Part shown: one piece after another, positions 63,901 to 64,000 of the stretch
Position numbering within the stretch: the stretch's first letter is position 1
Layout of the letters: each line of letters opens with the position of its first letter
NCBI GenBank assembly: GCA_003427395.1
Contig: BFEA01000017.1
Location: forward strand, 1,159,704-1,223,703
Direction of reading: 5' to 3'
Source: Chara braunii
Lineage: Eukaryota > Plantae > Charophyceae
DNA: 64,000 nucleotides
Position numbers and translations under genes: made by a program
The notes under the pieces: generated by a model
The model's database searches: none
Seen by the model: the letters and a program-made list of their open reading frames with translations, nothing else
Told to the model about the DNA's origin: nothing

Positions 63901-64000
63901 GTAGGGATCCATTCTGGATTTCCCTTATCAAGACTTGGAGGAAATTACCTATACCAGACAAAATCCATCATAATAGGTGGGAGGAAGTTTGTCAACAACC
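60944..64000 (+). pseudogene. LINE B ORF2: APE and RT (disrupted, truncated by the window)
   Basis: SLNVNGL, CIQETH, AGDFN, SRIDLI, ELDH, SGIDG, DFEKAYDHVD, VRQGDPLAP, LFADD, GGLG; stops and frameshifts. Confidence 0.93.

Larger units (their letters stand above)
48150..64000 (+). mobile_element. L1/Tx1-type LINE B (host element, interrupted by LINE A; runs off the window)
   Basis: Pyrimidine-rich 5' UTR; ORF1 from ~48664 resumes in frame at 56953; zinc knuckle PWCFKCRAYGHLSTEFAC; APE (QETH, NVYGPN, AGDFN, SRID, DH); RT (GIDG, NYRLITLL, DFEKAYD, RQGDPL, LFADD). The 5' boundary is approximate. Confidence 0.9.

Overview
Repeat-dominated eukaryotic draft-assembly DNA. The repeat families and (GAG)n/(TCAA)n blocks resemble a charophyte green alga such as Chara; this is inference. 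I can support no intact host gene. Main contents: (1) a ~15 kb head-to-tail array (3696-18662, minus strand) of Penelope-like retroelements with an N-terminal GIY-YIG nuclease before the RT (Chlamys/Naiad-type order), an upstream CCHC ORF, and a minimal hammerhead ribozyme at each unit junction; (2) two near-full-length L1/Tx1-type LINEs, one (49119-56939) inserted with a TSD into ORF1 of the other; (3) nine dispersed copies of a ~50-100 nt structured motif (hairpin plus pseudoknot, with covariation), most at LINE 3' ends and several next to poly(A); (4) a U6 snRNA retrocopy with a 13-bp TSD; (5) Ty3/gypsy RT and chromodomain remnants, several non-autonomous TIR transposons, microsatellites and fold-back repeats; (6) assembly artefacts: N gaps, two Nextera mate-pair junction adapters, and a GC-rich thiolase fragment beside a gap.
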